From Candidatus Methylomirabilia bacterium (GTDB lineage Bacteria > Methylomirabilota > Methylomirabilia > Rokubacteriales > CSP1-6), in contig JBHIBG010000023.1 of the NCBI GenBank assembly GCA_046758965.1, positions 1-34,113 on the forward strand: 34,113 nucleotides of DNA, read 5' to 3'. How positions within the stretch are numbered: the stretch's first letter is position 1; each line of letters begins with the position of its first letter. The notes below the pieces were generated by a model. That model saw only the letters and a program-made list of their open reading frames with translations. It ran no database searches and had not been told where the DNA came from. The translations under genes were made by a program, and so were the position numbers. Of the stretch, positions 26,670 to 34,113 are shown piece after piece.

Positions 26670-26715
26670 TTGACAGGCGCTTTGTCGGCTGTTAACATTG
26701 TTTAGCAATGTTAAC
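26670..26715 (+). promoter_or_regulatory. sigma70 promoter with overlapping palindromic operator for the toxin-antitoxin operon
   Basis: TTGACA (26670-26675), 17 bp spacer, TAACAT (26693-26698); perfect inverted repeat GTTAACATTG-N5-CAATGTTAAC (26691-26715). Confidence 0.8.
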
Positions 26716-26746
26716 TTCAAGTGTCTTTGCCTCCATATAGAATGCG

Positions 26747-27265
26747 ATGCCTATCACCTCAAACACCTCGCCGCTCATCGGCGTCGCCAAGATCGGGAGG
26801 CTAAAGCTTCTGGAGCGGCTGTACGGAACCGTCATCATTTCGCCAAAGGTGAAAGAGGAGTGCATCGACAAAGGAAAAGAGAAGGGAGCGCCGGACGCTT
26901 ACGAGATTGAAAAGACTGTCCAGGACGGCTGGATCAAGGAGGCAACCTTAGAAAGGAAGTTGCAGCGACGCGCTGAGAAACTCATGCAGGAAGCGCGCAT
27001 AGGCCAGGGCGAGGCAGAGGCAATCGTCATAGCGCAAGAAAAGAAGATACCCGTGATCCTTGATGAAGCAGACGCCCGCGCTGCTGCACGAGCTATCAAA
27101 GTCGACCGCTTCGGAACCGTGATGGTCCCATACGAAGCCTTCGTCAAGAGACTGATCCCCTACAAAGAGCTTATTACGATATTGACGGATCTCAGCAAGG
27201 TCCTGTGGGTTTCTCCCGCAGTCATCGCTGAAATTATTCGAAGGGCACAGGAGGTAAGAAAATGA
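26747..27265 (+). CDS. PIN-domain protein (DUF3368-like), putative toxin
   Basis: SNTSPLI, LYGTVIISPKVKEE, IGQGEAEAIVIA, VILDEADARAAA, FGTVMV. Confidence 0.85.
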   Translation: MPITSNTSPLIGVAKIGRLKLLERLYGTVIISPKVKEECIDKGKEKGAPDAYEIEKTVQDGWIKEATLERKLQRRAEKLMQEARIGQGEAEAIVIAQEKKIPVILDEADARAAARAIKVDRFGTVMVPYEAFVKRLIPYKELITILTDLSKVLWVSPAVIAEIIRRAQEVRK

Positions 27266-27588
27266 AAAAGGAAGAGCTTGTCGCTGCCCGCCTGCCGGGA
27301 CAGCTGGTCAAAGCCTTGCATAGGATAGAAGAAGTGGAGCAGTCGGACCGCTCCGCAGTAGTGAGGAAACTCTTGTACCGGGCAATAGCTGACTGGAAGA
27401 AGGAATACGCTGCAAGGCTCTACGCGGAGCGAAAGATGACGTTGGAGAAAGCAGCCACGGAAGCCGATGTCAGCGTGCGCGAGATGATGGACTACCTGGT
27501 TCAGAAGAGGATGCCCGGCCAGTACGACCTCAGGGAGCTTGAAGAGGATATGGCCCGGCTTTACAAGAAGCTTGGTGTCCCGCGATGA
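27262..27588 (+). CDS. UPF0175 family antitoxin with an N-terminal ribbon-helix-helix-like segment
   Basis: LVAARLP...DRSAVVRKLL (RHH-like); LYAERKMTLEKAATEADVSVREMMDYL; ELEED; ATGA overlap with the PIN gene. Confidence 0.85.
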   Translation: MKKEELVAARLPGQLVKALHRIEEVEQSDRSAVVRKLLYRAIADWKKEYAARLYAERKMTLEKAATEADVSVREMMDYLVQKRMPGQYDLRELEEDMARLYKKLGVPR

Positions 27589-27688
27589 CCCACCGACGCT
27601 GGCGCGAGGCGTGACCTCTGTGCCAATGATAGTGAGACACTGACCTCCCCCGGAATTACTGTAGAGGGCGGAGAGAGGTGTCTCAGCC

Positions 27689-28213
27689 ATGGCGAGTCCG
27701 AAGAAGGTGAGTCCCCCACGGCGGTCGGCTGCGGCCGGCAAGGAGGTCGTGCCTGATGCTCCAAGTGCCAGAGCCATGACCAGTGGCCTCGCGCCCCTGC
27801 AGGTCGTCGTGTCCCCGCCCCTGCGGCCAGACCCCGAGGTGTCCGAGCGGGCGGCGCGCCGGCGGTTCACTGCCGAGTACAAGCTCCGGGTGCTGCGCGA
27901 AGCCGACGCCTGCGCCGACCCGGGGGAGTTGGGGGCGCTGCTCCGGCGCGAGGGGTTGTACTCCTCGCACCTGACGACGTGGCGGCGGCAGCGGGAGCAG
28001 GGGAGCCTGGCCGCCCTGAGCCCCAAGAGACGCGGCCGCCCGGCGGTGCCGCCCTCCCCGCTCGCTCGCCGGGTGGCCGAGCTGGACCGCGAGAACGCGC
28101 GGCTGACCCACCGGCTCAAACAAGCGGAGACGATCATTGCGGTCCAAAAAAAAGTCTCCGAGATCTTGGGGATCCCCCTGAAGCCTGGCGACGACGCCGG
28201 GAGCGGTTGCTGA
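27689..28213 (+). CDS. IS3-family transposase OrfA (HTH plus coiled coil)
   Basis: RRRFTAEYKLRVLREAD, LLRREGLYSSHLTTWRRQ, ELDRENARL, IIAVQKKVSEILG; start could be further downstream. Confidence 0.85.
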   Translation: MASPKKVSPPRRSAAAGKEVVPDAPSARAMTSGLAPLQVVVSPPLRPDPEVSERAARRRFTAEYKLRVLREADACADPGELGALLRREGLYSSHLTTWRRQREQGSLAALSPKRRGRPAVPPSPLARRVAELDRENARLTHRLKQAETIIAVQKKVSEILGIPLKPGDDAGSGC

Positions 28214-28778
28214 GCGCCGTGGGGAAGCTGGCGCCGGCGGTGGGCACGCAAGCCGCGTGTCAGGCGCTTGGGGTGAGCCGGGCCACGGTGTATCGCCGGC
28301 GCCGGCCCCGCCCTCCGCGGGCGCCGCGGCCCCGGCCCCCGCGCGCCCTCAGCGGGGCCGAGCGCCACGCCCTTCTCGCTGAGCTGCACCACCCGCGCTT
28401 CGTGGATCTCGCGCCGGCCGAGGTCTACGCCACCCTGCTGGACGAGGGCCGCTACCTCTGCTCCCTCCGCACCATGTACCGCCTGCTCGCGGCCGCCCAG
28501 GAGGTTCGGGAGCGGCGCAACCAGCTGCGTCACGTGGCCCCCAAGCCCGAGTTGCTGGCCACCCGCCCCAACGAGGTGTGGTCCTGGGACATCACCAAGC
28601 TCCTGGGCCCGGCGAAGTGGACCTCCTACTCCCTCTATGTGATCCTCGACCTCTTCAGTCGCTACGTGGTCGGCTGGATGGTCGCGCATCAGGAGAGCGC
28701 CGCCTTGGCGGAGCGGCTGATCGCGGCGACGTGCGAGAAGCAGGAGATCGTCCCCGGTCAGCTCACCGTCCATGCCGA
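28207..28778 (+). pseudogene. IS3-family transposase OrfB, truncated before the second catalytic Asp
   Basis: ACQALGVSRATVYR, PNEVWSWDIT (first D), ILDLFSRYVVGW, ending at LTVHA where the H-x-D-x-G motif is expected. Confidence 0.85.
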
Positions 28779-29323
28779 GGGCATAGCTCTTCGGCGTAAC
28801 GACCGACGTTCTCCTGCATCCTGAGCGCCGTATAACAGGCCCTCACGGCGTGGTCCTCATGGGCGAGTGGCGCCCCGAACAGCGCCATGATCCCGTCGCC
28901 CATCACCTGGTTCACGGTCCCCTCGTAGCGGTGGACGGCCTCCATCATGCGTTCGAGCACCGGGTCGAGGAGCTTCCGCGCCTCCTCAGGGTCCCGGTCA
29001 GCGAGCAACTCCATGGATCCCTTCAGGTCGGCGAACAGCACCGTGACCTGCTTGCGCTCGCCTTCCAGGGCGCTCCTGGAGGTGAGGATCTTCTCGGCGA
29101 GGTGCTTGGGGGTGTAGGACTGCGGAGAGGCGAAAGCAGCAGAAGGTCGTAAAGATGGCGCCCCAGCTTCAGGAGTGAGGCGTGCGCCACATTTGCCGCA
29201 GAACGCGAACCCCTCAGGATTAGCGGAGCCGCAGGACGGGCAGAGGGAAGCCAGCTTCGTCCCGCAGCGCCCACAGAACGCCATCCCTGGAGGATTGTCG
29301 AACGTACAGTGCGAACACTGCAT
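28763..29323 (-). pseudogene. Truncated zinc ribbon - class III cyclase gene (lacks second half of the cyclase, ATPase and TPR)
   Basis: Four CxxC pairs, YTPKHLAEKILTSRSALEGERKQVTVLFADLKGS, GDGIMALFGAP; runs into IS3 sequence after RYAEEL. Confidence 0.85.
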
Positions 29324-29325
29324 CC

Positions 29326-32300
29326 TTAGAACTCTCGGAGCGCCTGCTCGGCCCGCTCCAGGTCCCAGGCCATCCCCATTGCCTGGAACATGCCGAGGGC
29401 CTTGACGAGGTGTTCCTCGGCCTTTTCCGCTTCTCCCTTGGCTGTGAGCAGGCGCGCGTAGCTCACGTGTGTCCGGGCCAGCTCGGGTCTGGTGCCGATC
29501 TCTTGCTGGATGCGGATGGCTTCCAGCATCGCGCGCTCGGCCCTCGATAGATCGGGCGGCTCGAGACGAGAGGTGGCCTCAGCGAGAACCCGGTACGCCA
29601 GGGCATTGTAAACTTTATCGTCCATTTCTTCGGCCAGCCGCACCGCCTCTTCGCAGAGGCCAAGGACCGCATCGAGCTCTCCGAGCGCAACGAGGGCATC
29701 GGCGAGGTTGGCTTTCCCGTGGGCGAGATGCATCTTGGTTCCGATCTGGCCCCTGAGAGTCAGGGCTTCCTCGAGCAGGATGCGTCCGCGGCCGGGATCC
29801 CCTGCTTGAGTGCACGCCCAGCCCTCCCATACCTTCGTCACGTAGACTCGGAACAGGTCGCCCACGCGGTCGGCAATCCGCCTTGCCTCCTCGAAATCCT
29901 CGATCGCCGCGTCCCATTCGCCACGCAGCGCCCGCACGCTCCCACGGAAAAAACGAGCGGCCGCTTCAGCAAAGGGGTTCTGAATGTCCCGGGCGAGCTG
30001 GAGACCGCGATCGAGGTATTGGAAGGCGGACTCGAACTCGCCCAATTCGCCGAGAACCCAGCCCGCGAAGCCCGCGCCGCTGGCCTCTTCGGCCTTGTTC
30101 CCGAGCCTCCGCATCTGCTCGACGCTCCGCTCCATTAGCGGGGCGGATTTGGGGAACTCTGACAGTATCGCGTAGGCGCGACCAATGAGATTGATCGGGA
30201 GCGCCGTAAGGGCGTCATCTCCAAGCCGTTCGGCGATCCCGAGGCTCAGCTTCGCGAACTCGATGGCGGTTTGTGGATCTCCCAGGACGTATGGGATCCT
30301 GCCGAGCCAGTAGAGCACCCGAGCCAACCGCGGCTCGTCGTGGAGCTCTTCCGCCAGGGCGCGAGCCCGCTCCAGGTTCGGCCGATCGCGGTCGATGTCC
30401 TGCCGGGTCATCCCGACAGCAGCCAGCTTGAGGGCAGCGTCAACCTCGGAACGCTGACCGTCGGGAGAGGCAGGGAGCGCTCGCGCCATCGTGAGGGCCT
30501 GCTGATAGTAGGTGGTGGCCTCGGAATTGGCATAGAGGCGGGCGGCGTGATCACCGGCCATGAGAGCGTACTCGATGGCCTTGTGCTGGTACTCACTCCG
30601 CGCGTAGTGGTAGGTCAGGATGGCGGCTTGCTCTACCAAGCGGTCGGCGTAGAGCTCCTCGACGGCGCGCCCGATGGCGCCGTGAAGCTCCTTTCGCCGC
30701 TGACCCAGGAGGCTCTGGTAGGCGACATCCTGGGTGATGGCGTGCTTGAAGATGAATTCCAGCTCGGGGAAGAAGCGCTTTTCGTGGATCAACTCCAGGC
30801 GCTTCAGGGTATCCAGGTAGCGTTGGACCTCCTCGGCCATCTCCGAGATCCGGCTGAGGAGGCGGAGGCCGAACTCTCTCCCGATGACGGCGGCGGTCTG
30901 CACGGTCCGCTTGACGGGCTCCTCCAGCCGGTCGATCCGCGCCCGGATGATGTCCTGGATTGTCGAAGGTATCTCGACCCCAACCTCTCCGACCCAGTGA
31001 AAGCCACCATTGTGGCGAGCAATCGCTCCGCGCTCGAGGAGGGCGCTGGTGACTTCCTCGATGAACAGGGGGTTGCCTTCGGCCTTTCCCCGGACAAGGC
31101 TCAGGAGTTCTGACGGCAGCTCGCGGCTCTCAAGCAGCGCGGCGACCATCGTCTCGGTCTCGCCCTCCGTCAGGAGGCCGAGGGCGATCTGGGTGTAGTA
31201 GGTCTTGTCCGCCCAGCGCAGGGTGTAGCCCGGGCGATGGGTGGTCACGAGAAGCACGGGCATTCCCGCCAGGCTCTCAATCAGAAAGGTGAAGTAGTCC
31301 TCCGAGGTCTTGTCGATCCAGTGGAGGTCTTCCACGATCACCACGTGCGGGTGCCGCTCGGCCCCCGCTCCGGTGAGCGTGCGGATGGCCTCGAAGGTCT
31401 TCTGCCGCTTGTCCTTGGGGTCGAGGTACTTGAGGGTGTCGTCCTCCGCCGGGAGGCCGAACAGGTCGCCCAGGAAGGGTAGGAGCCTCTCCAGGGTTCG
31501 ATCAAGCTGCCGGAGGCCCTGGCGAATCTTTTCCCGAATCTGGAGCGGGTGATCCCCCTCCTCGATCTGGAAGTTCCCGCGGAGGATTTCGAGCACCGGG
31601 AGATAGGGCGTGGCCTGCCCATAGGCCACGCTGTGCCCGACGACCCAGGTGACCCGCTCCCCTTCGAGCGCCTGGCGGAACTCATGGAGGAGCCGCGATT
31701 TGCCAACTCCTGGCTCGCCCACGATCCCCACCACCTGGCCGCGGCCCGCTTTGACTCGGGCCAAGCAGTCGTGAAGGACGCCCAGCTCCCGCTGGCGCCC
31801 CACGAGTTGAGTCAGTCCCCGCTCCGCGCTTACTTCGAGGCGCGTGCGCCCGCGCCGCCGCCCCGTCACCTTCCAGACCGAGACCGGCTGGCTTCGCCCT
31901 TTGACCTGGACCGGGCCGAGGGTGTCACTCCGGATGTATCCCTCGACCAACCGGTGCGTGGCCTCGGTGAGAAGAATCGTCCCTGGCTCGGCTTGAGCTT
32001 GCATCCGCGCCGCCAGATGGGTGGTATCCCCCACGGCGGTGTAGTCCATCCGGAGGTCGTCGCCGATCCGGCCCACCACGACCAGGCCGGTGTTGAGGCC
32101 CTGGCGCAGGCGAATCTCCACGCCGCGCTCGCGCCTGACCTGCTCGCTCAAGCCCCCGATCGTCTCCCTGATCGCCAGCGCCGCCTGGACGGCGCGGAAT
32201 GCATGGTCCTCCAGGGCGACGGGCGCCCCGAACAGGGCCATCAGGCCATCGCCCAGGAACTGGTTGACCGTCCCCTCGTAGCGGTGCACGGCCTCGGCCA

Positions 32301-32673
32301 TGAACCTGAGCGTTCGGTCCATGACCTGGTGCATCACCTCGGGGTCAAGTCGCTCGGCAAGCTGGAAGGAGTCCACGATGTCGCAGAACAGCACCGTGAC
32401 CTGCTTCCGCTCGCCCTCGAGGGCACTCTTGGAGGTGAGGATCTTCTCGGCGAGGTGCTTGGGGGTGTAGCTCTCCGGGGAGCCGAACTTCGGAGCGGCT
32501 ACCGGGCCTGCTGCAGCAGTCGGGGCCAGCGGTTGACCACACTTCCTGCAAAACTTAACGCCGAGCCGATTGGCCTGACCGCAACCGGGGCAGGCGGCTT
32601 CGAGCCGAGAGCCGCACTCTTCGCAGAAGACGGCGTCAGCGGGATTCTCCGCCTGGCACCGAGGACATTTCAT
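29326..32673 (-). CDS. Double zinc ribbon - class III nucleotide cyclase - STAND/AAA ATPase - TPR protein
   Basis: CxxC x4, VLFCDIVDS, GDGLMALFGAP, GDTTHLAARMQ, GEPGVGKS, IVEDLHW, FKHAITQDVAY, TPR-like C-terminus; GGAGG RBS. Confidence 0.93.
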   Translation of the reverse strand: MKCPRCQAENPADAVFCEECGSRLEAACPGCGQANRLGVKFCRKCGQPLAPTAAAGPVAAPKFGSPESYTPKHLAEKILTSKSALEGERKQVTVLFCDIVDSFQLAERLDPEVMHQVMDRTLRFMAEAVHRYEGTVNQFLGDGLMALFGAPVALEDHAFRAVQAALAIRETIGGLSEQVRRERGVEIRLRQGLNTGLVVVGRIGDDLRMDYTAVGDTTHLAARMQAQAEPGTILLTEATHRLVEGYIRSDTLGPVQVKGRSQPVSVWKVTGRRRGRTRLEVSAERGLTQLVGRQRELGVLHDCLARVKAGRGQVVGIVGEPGVGKSRLLHEFRQALEGERVTWVVGHSVAYGQATPYLPVLEILRGNFQIEEGDHPLQIREKIRQGLRQLDRTLERLLPFLGDLFGLPAEDDTLKYLDPKDKRQKTFEAIRTLTGAGAERHPHVVIVEDLHWIDKTSEDYFTFLIESLAGMPVLLVTTHRPGYTLRWADKTYYTQIALGLLTEGETETMVAALLESRELPSELLSLVRGKAEGNPLFIEEVTSALLERGAIARHNGGFHWVGEVGVEIPSTIQDIIRARIDRLEEPVKRTVQTAAVIGREFGLRLLSRISEMAEEVQRYLDTLKRLELIHEKRFFPELEFIFKHAITQDVAYQSLLGQRRKELHGAIGRAVEELYADRLVEQAAILTYHYARSEYQHKAIEYALMAGDHAARLYANSEATTYYQQALTMARALPASPDGQRSEVDAALKLAAVGMTRQDIDRDRPNLERARALAEELHDEPRLARVLYWLGRIPYVLGDPQTAIEFAKLSLGIAERLGDDALTALPINLIGRAYAILSEFPKSAPLMERSVEQMRRLGNKAEEASGAGFAGWVLGELGEFESAFQYLDRGLQLARDIQNPFAEAAARFFRGSVRALRGEWDAAIEDFEEARRIADRVGDLFRVYVTKVWEGWACTQAGDPGRGRILLEEALTLRGQIGTKMHLAHGKANLADALVALGELDAVLGLCEEAVRLAEEMDDKVYNALAYRVLAEATSRLEPPDLSRAERAMLEAIRIQQEIGTRPELARTHVSYARLLTAKGEAEKAEEHLVKALGMFQAMGMAWDLERAEQALREF

Positions 32674-32726
32674 GGCCGGGCCTCCAACTAGCCGGACCGG
32701 TGGAAGATCTCCCAGAGGGTGAGCCG

Positions 32727-32755
32727 ATCTTAGTCCTGCACCTGACGAGGGTCAA
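32727..32755 (-). promoter_or_regulatory. sigma70 promoter of the cyclase gene pair
   Basis: Minus strand TTGACC, 17 bp spacer, TAAGAT, ending 54 bp upstream of the ATG at 32673. Confidence 0.65.
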
Positions 32756-32851
32756 CTGCTACCGCTCTTGAGATGAATGACCTCACCCCCACACCCAGCA
32801 CCGGCTCCGATGGGGGGGGCATAGCGCGGGCGAGCAAGAAGTAAGGGGCGC

Positions 32852-33028
32852 GGGCAAGCAACACGTGGGACCAAGTGCCCTTCGGGCGTAGGCTCATCCG
32901 TTTCCCTGCTTAGCTCACCGCACGAGCGGCGGGCGTGGCAAGTCGTCTATGCAAACTGGTGAGCCTAGGGTTACGTAGCCGGAAAGCGAGATCCCTGTCG
33001 CACGTACTCAGATGGTGTGAACTTGCCC
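32852..33028 (+). ncRNA. Candidate structured ncRNA or ssDNA element, family unknown
   Basis: Nested stems 32852-58/33022-28, 32863-71/32997-33005 and 32889-903/32953-67, with hairpins at 32877-87, 32918-29 and 32969-80. G-U wobbles favour the + strand. No ORF in the track covers it. Confidence 0.4.
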
Positions 33029-33038
33029 CTCTCTCCCG

Positions 33039-33575
33039 TTAGGGAGGCGGCTTCGGGTTGCGTTTCTTCCGCCGACGCCCTTGCCGAAGTAATTCCACCT
33101 GCGGGTGTTCGTCGGAATGACAATCCCCGCAGAGTGTGACCAGATTATTCAAGCCGTGGTGGCCGCCACTTGCAATGGGAACCTGATGGTGTACGTGGAG
33201 TCCGCCCTCGGGATGCCATCGCGGCTTTCGTTTCAGACGACGGCGTTTCCTCCGGAGAAATGCGACTCCGTCTGACCCGCACCGAACGCATCGCTTCCCG
33301 TCTCGCTGTAAAACGACCAACCGTCGCCACTCCCAGTCCGGCGGAGGGCAGCCGGGAAGTATACGGTATTGGGGTTCAGTGATTCTAGCCCAAGCTCGGA
33401 CGGCGGCTCCACCCCACTTGTGAAGAGCGGCCTCGGGATCTCCCAGAAATTCCCTCGGTATTCCTGTGGTTCCGAGGTCATGTAGCTCCTGTTCACGCCT
33501 TTCACGCTCCTCCCGAAGGCTGGGGAAAACGAACTCAACTACCGCCCGAAATGTTGACCCCACGATCTGCTTCAC
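33039..33575 (-). CDS. HNH endonuclease (McrA-like zinc-binding HNH)
   Basis: VLQRDGKRCVRCG...LHVHHQVPIASGGHHGLNNLVTLCGDCHSDEH. Confidence 0.85.
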   Translation of the reverse strand: MKQIVGSTFRAVVEFVFPSLREERERREQELHDLGTTGIPREFLGDPEAALHKWGGAAVRAWARITEPQYRILPGCPPPDWEWRRLVVLQRDGKRCVRCGSDGVAFLRRKRRRLKRKPRWHPEGGLHVHHQVPIASGGHHGLNNLVTLCGDCHSDEHPQVELLRQGRRRKKRNPKPPP

Positions 33576-33852
33576 CCTTGCTGTTCAACCGGCGATGTGA
33601 TCCATGAGCGACCGGCTCCTGGTAGCGCGATCCATTGGGTGGCGGGACTGCTTCCGTAATGCCCGCAACTCGGGGCAGAACGCATGACCACTCTTCGCCC
33701 CGATGTTCAAGGGGAGAGCAAAGGTCCGAATCGAGTGCGCCTCAAGCAGCCACGGCTCCTCAACTTCCACCCAAGTGACGGTCCGCTGACGCCTCCTGGC
33801 CGTCAGAGAATCGTCTGACAAGGCCTTAGCCGCTTTTGCTGTGTTGTCAATT

Positions 33853-34113
33853 TCAGGATCTGTCCTTGTCATTCGACACGCTTTCGTCAGTGGATCTCTT
33901 ACCGTCGGTCTGCACACCCTTTTGGACGTCCCGTTCTGCCAGAAAGTGTTGCATCCAACATTGGCCTTCACTCGTGGGTGCGAACTGGTAGGCACCTGGT
34001 CCCAGCCGGGTCCAATAGCGCCGATCATCACAAAACTCATAACAGGTGAGCTCACTTAAAACATCTAGCACATGCAACGTAAGCTTGATTGGGAGTAGCA
34101 TCGTCTTTAGGGC
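33853..34113 (-). CDS. Possible 3' end of a hypothetical gene entering from beyond the window
   Basis: The frame of ORF 33853..34101 stays open to the window edge (ALKTMLLPIKL...); AT-richer sequence; no motif recognised. Confidence 0.3.
   Translation of the reverse strand, partial: ALKTMLLPIKLTLHVLDVLSELTCYEFCDDRRYWTRLGPGAYQFAPTSEGQCWMQHFLAERDVQKGVQTDGKRSTDESVSNDKDRS

Larger units (their letters stand above)
27619..28778 (+). mobile_element. IS3-family insertion sequence, 3'-truncated (no right end)
   Basis: Starts 5'-TGTGCCAATGATAGTGAGACA (TG end typical of IS3); OrfA followed by OrfB in the -1 frame; A8 run at 28146-28153; breaks off inside the DDE domain. Confidence 0.85.

Noticed and set aside
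27160..28773. 537-aa minus-strand ORF
   Set aside because: Antisense shadow of the IS3 ORFs and the antitoxin.
32975..33010. Group II intron domain V resemblance (AGCCGGA..GCGA..TCGCACGTAC)
   Set aside because: The complementary CGGTT lower stem and domain VI are missing, and no reverse transcriptase is present.
33585..34055. 156-aa minus-strand ORF upstream of the HNH gene
   Set aside because: No motif or clear RBS, and it overlaps a competing ORF; it cannot be supported as a gene from sequence alone.
1..34113. CRISPR array, tRNA or rRNA genes
   Set aside because: No regularly spaced repeats, cloverleaf or rRNA-like sequence were seen; the repeats found are two-copy duplications or paralogous coding motifs.

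Overview
High-GC bacterial chromosome segment. The gene content (several zinc-ribbon/class III cyclase/STAND-ATPase/TPR proteins and GAF-PAS hybrid kinases) suggests Candidatus Rokubacteria/Methylomirabilota, but this is inference only. Left to right: the end of a possible PD-(D/E)XK nuclease, a flavin reductase, a mini-ORF and a YtcJ-type amidohydrolase. Next is a ~5.6 kb signalling island (3062-8640) bounded by a 49-bp direct repeat of the amidohydrolase 3' end; it holds two histidine kinases, each behind one copy of a duplicated ~173-bp sigma54 promoter/palindromic enhancer module, plus a truncated NtrC-type receiver. After it come a cyclase-STAND-TPR gene, a garR-GNAT-AKR-nagB-mce cluster, malate synthase, an MFS transporter, and an operon of a MetH-activation-domain protein with a two-subunit NAD-linked formate dehydrogenase (NuoEF-fusion beta plus alpha). 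The right end is accessory: an orphan membrane protein, a toxin-first PIN/UPF0175 pair with a palindromic operator, a truncated IS3 fused tail-to-tail to a truncated cyclase gene, a second full cyclase-STAND-TPR gene, a ~180-nt highly structured intergenic element and an HNH nuclease. No rRNA, tRNA or CRISPR array was seen. All family assignments come from motif recognition by eye; no searches were run.
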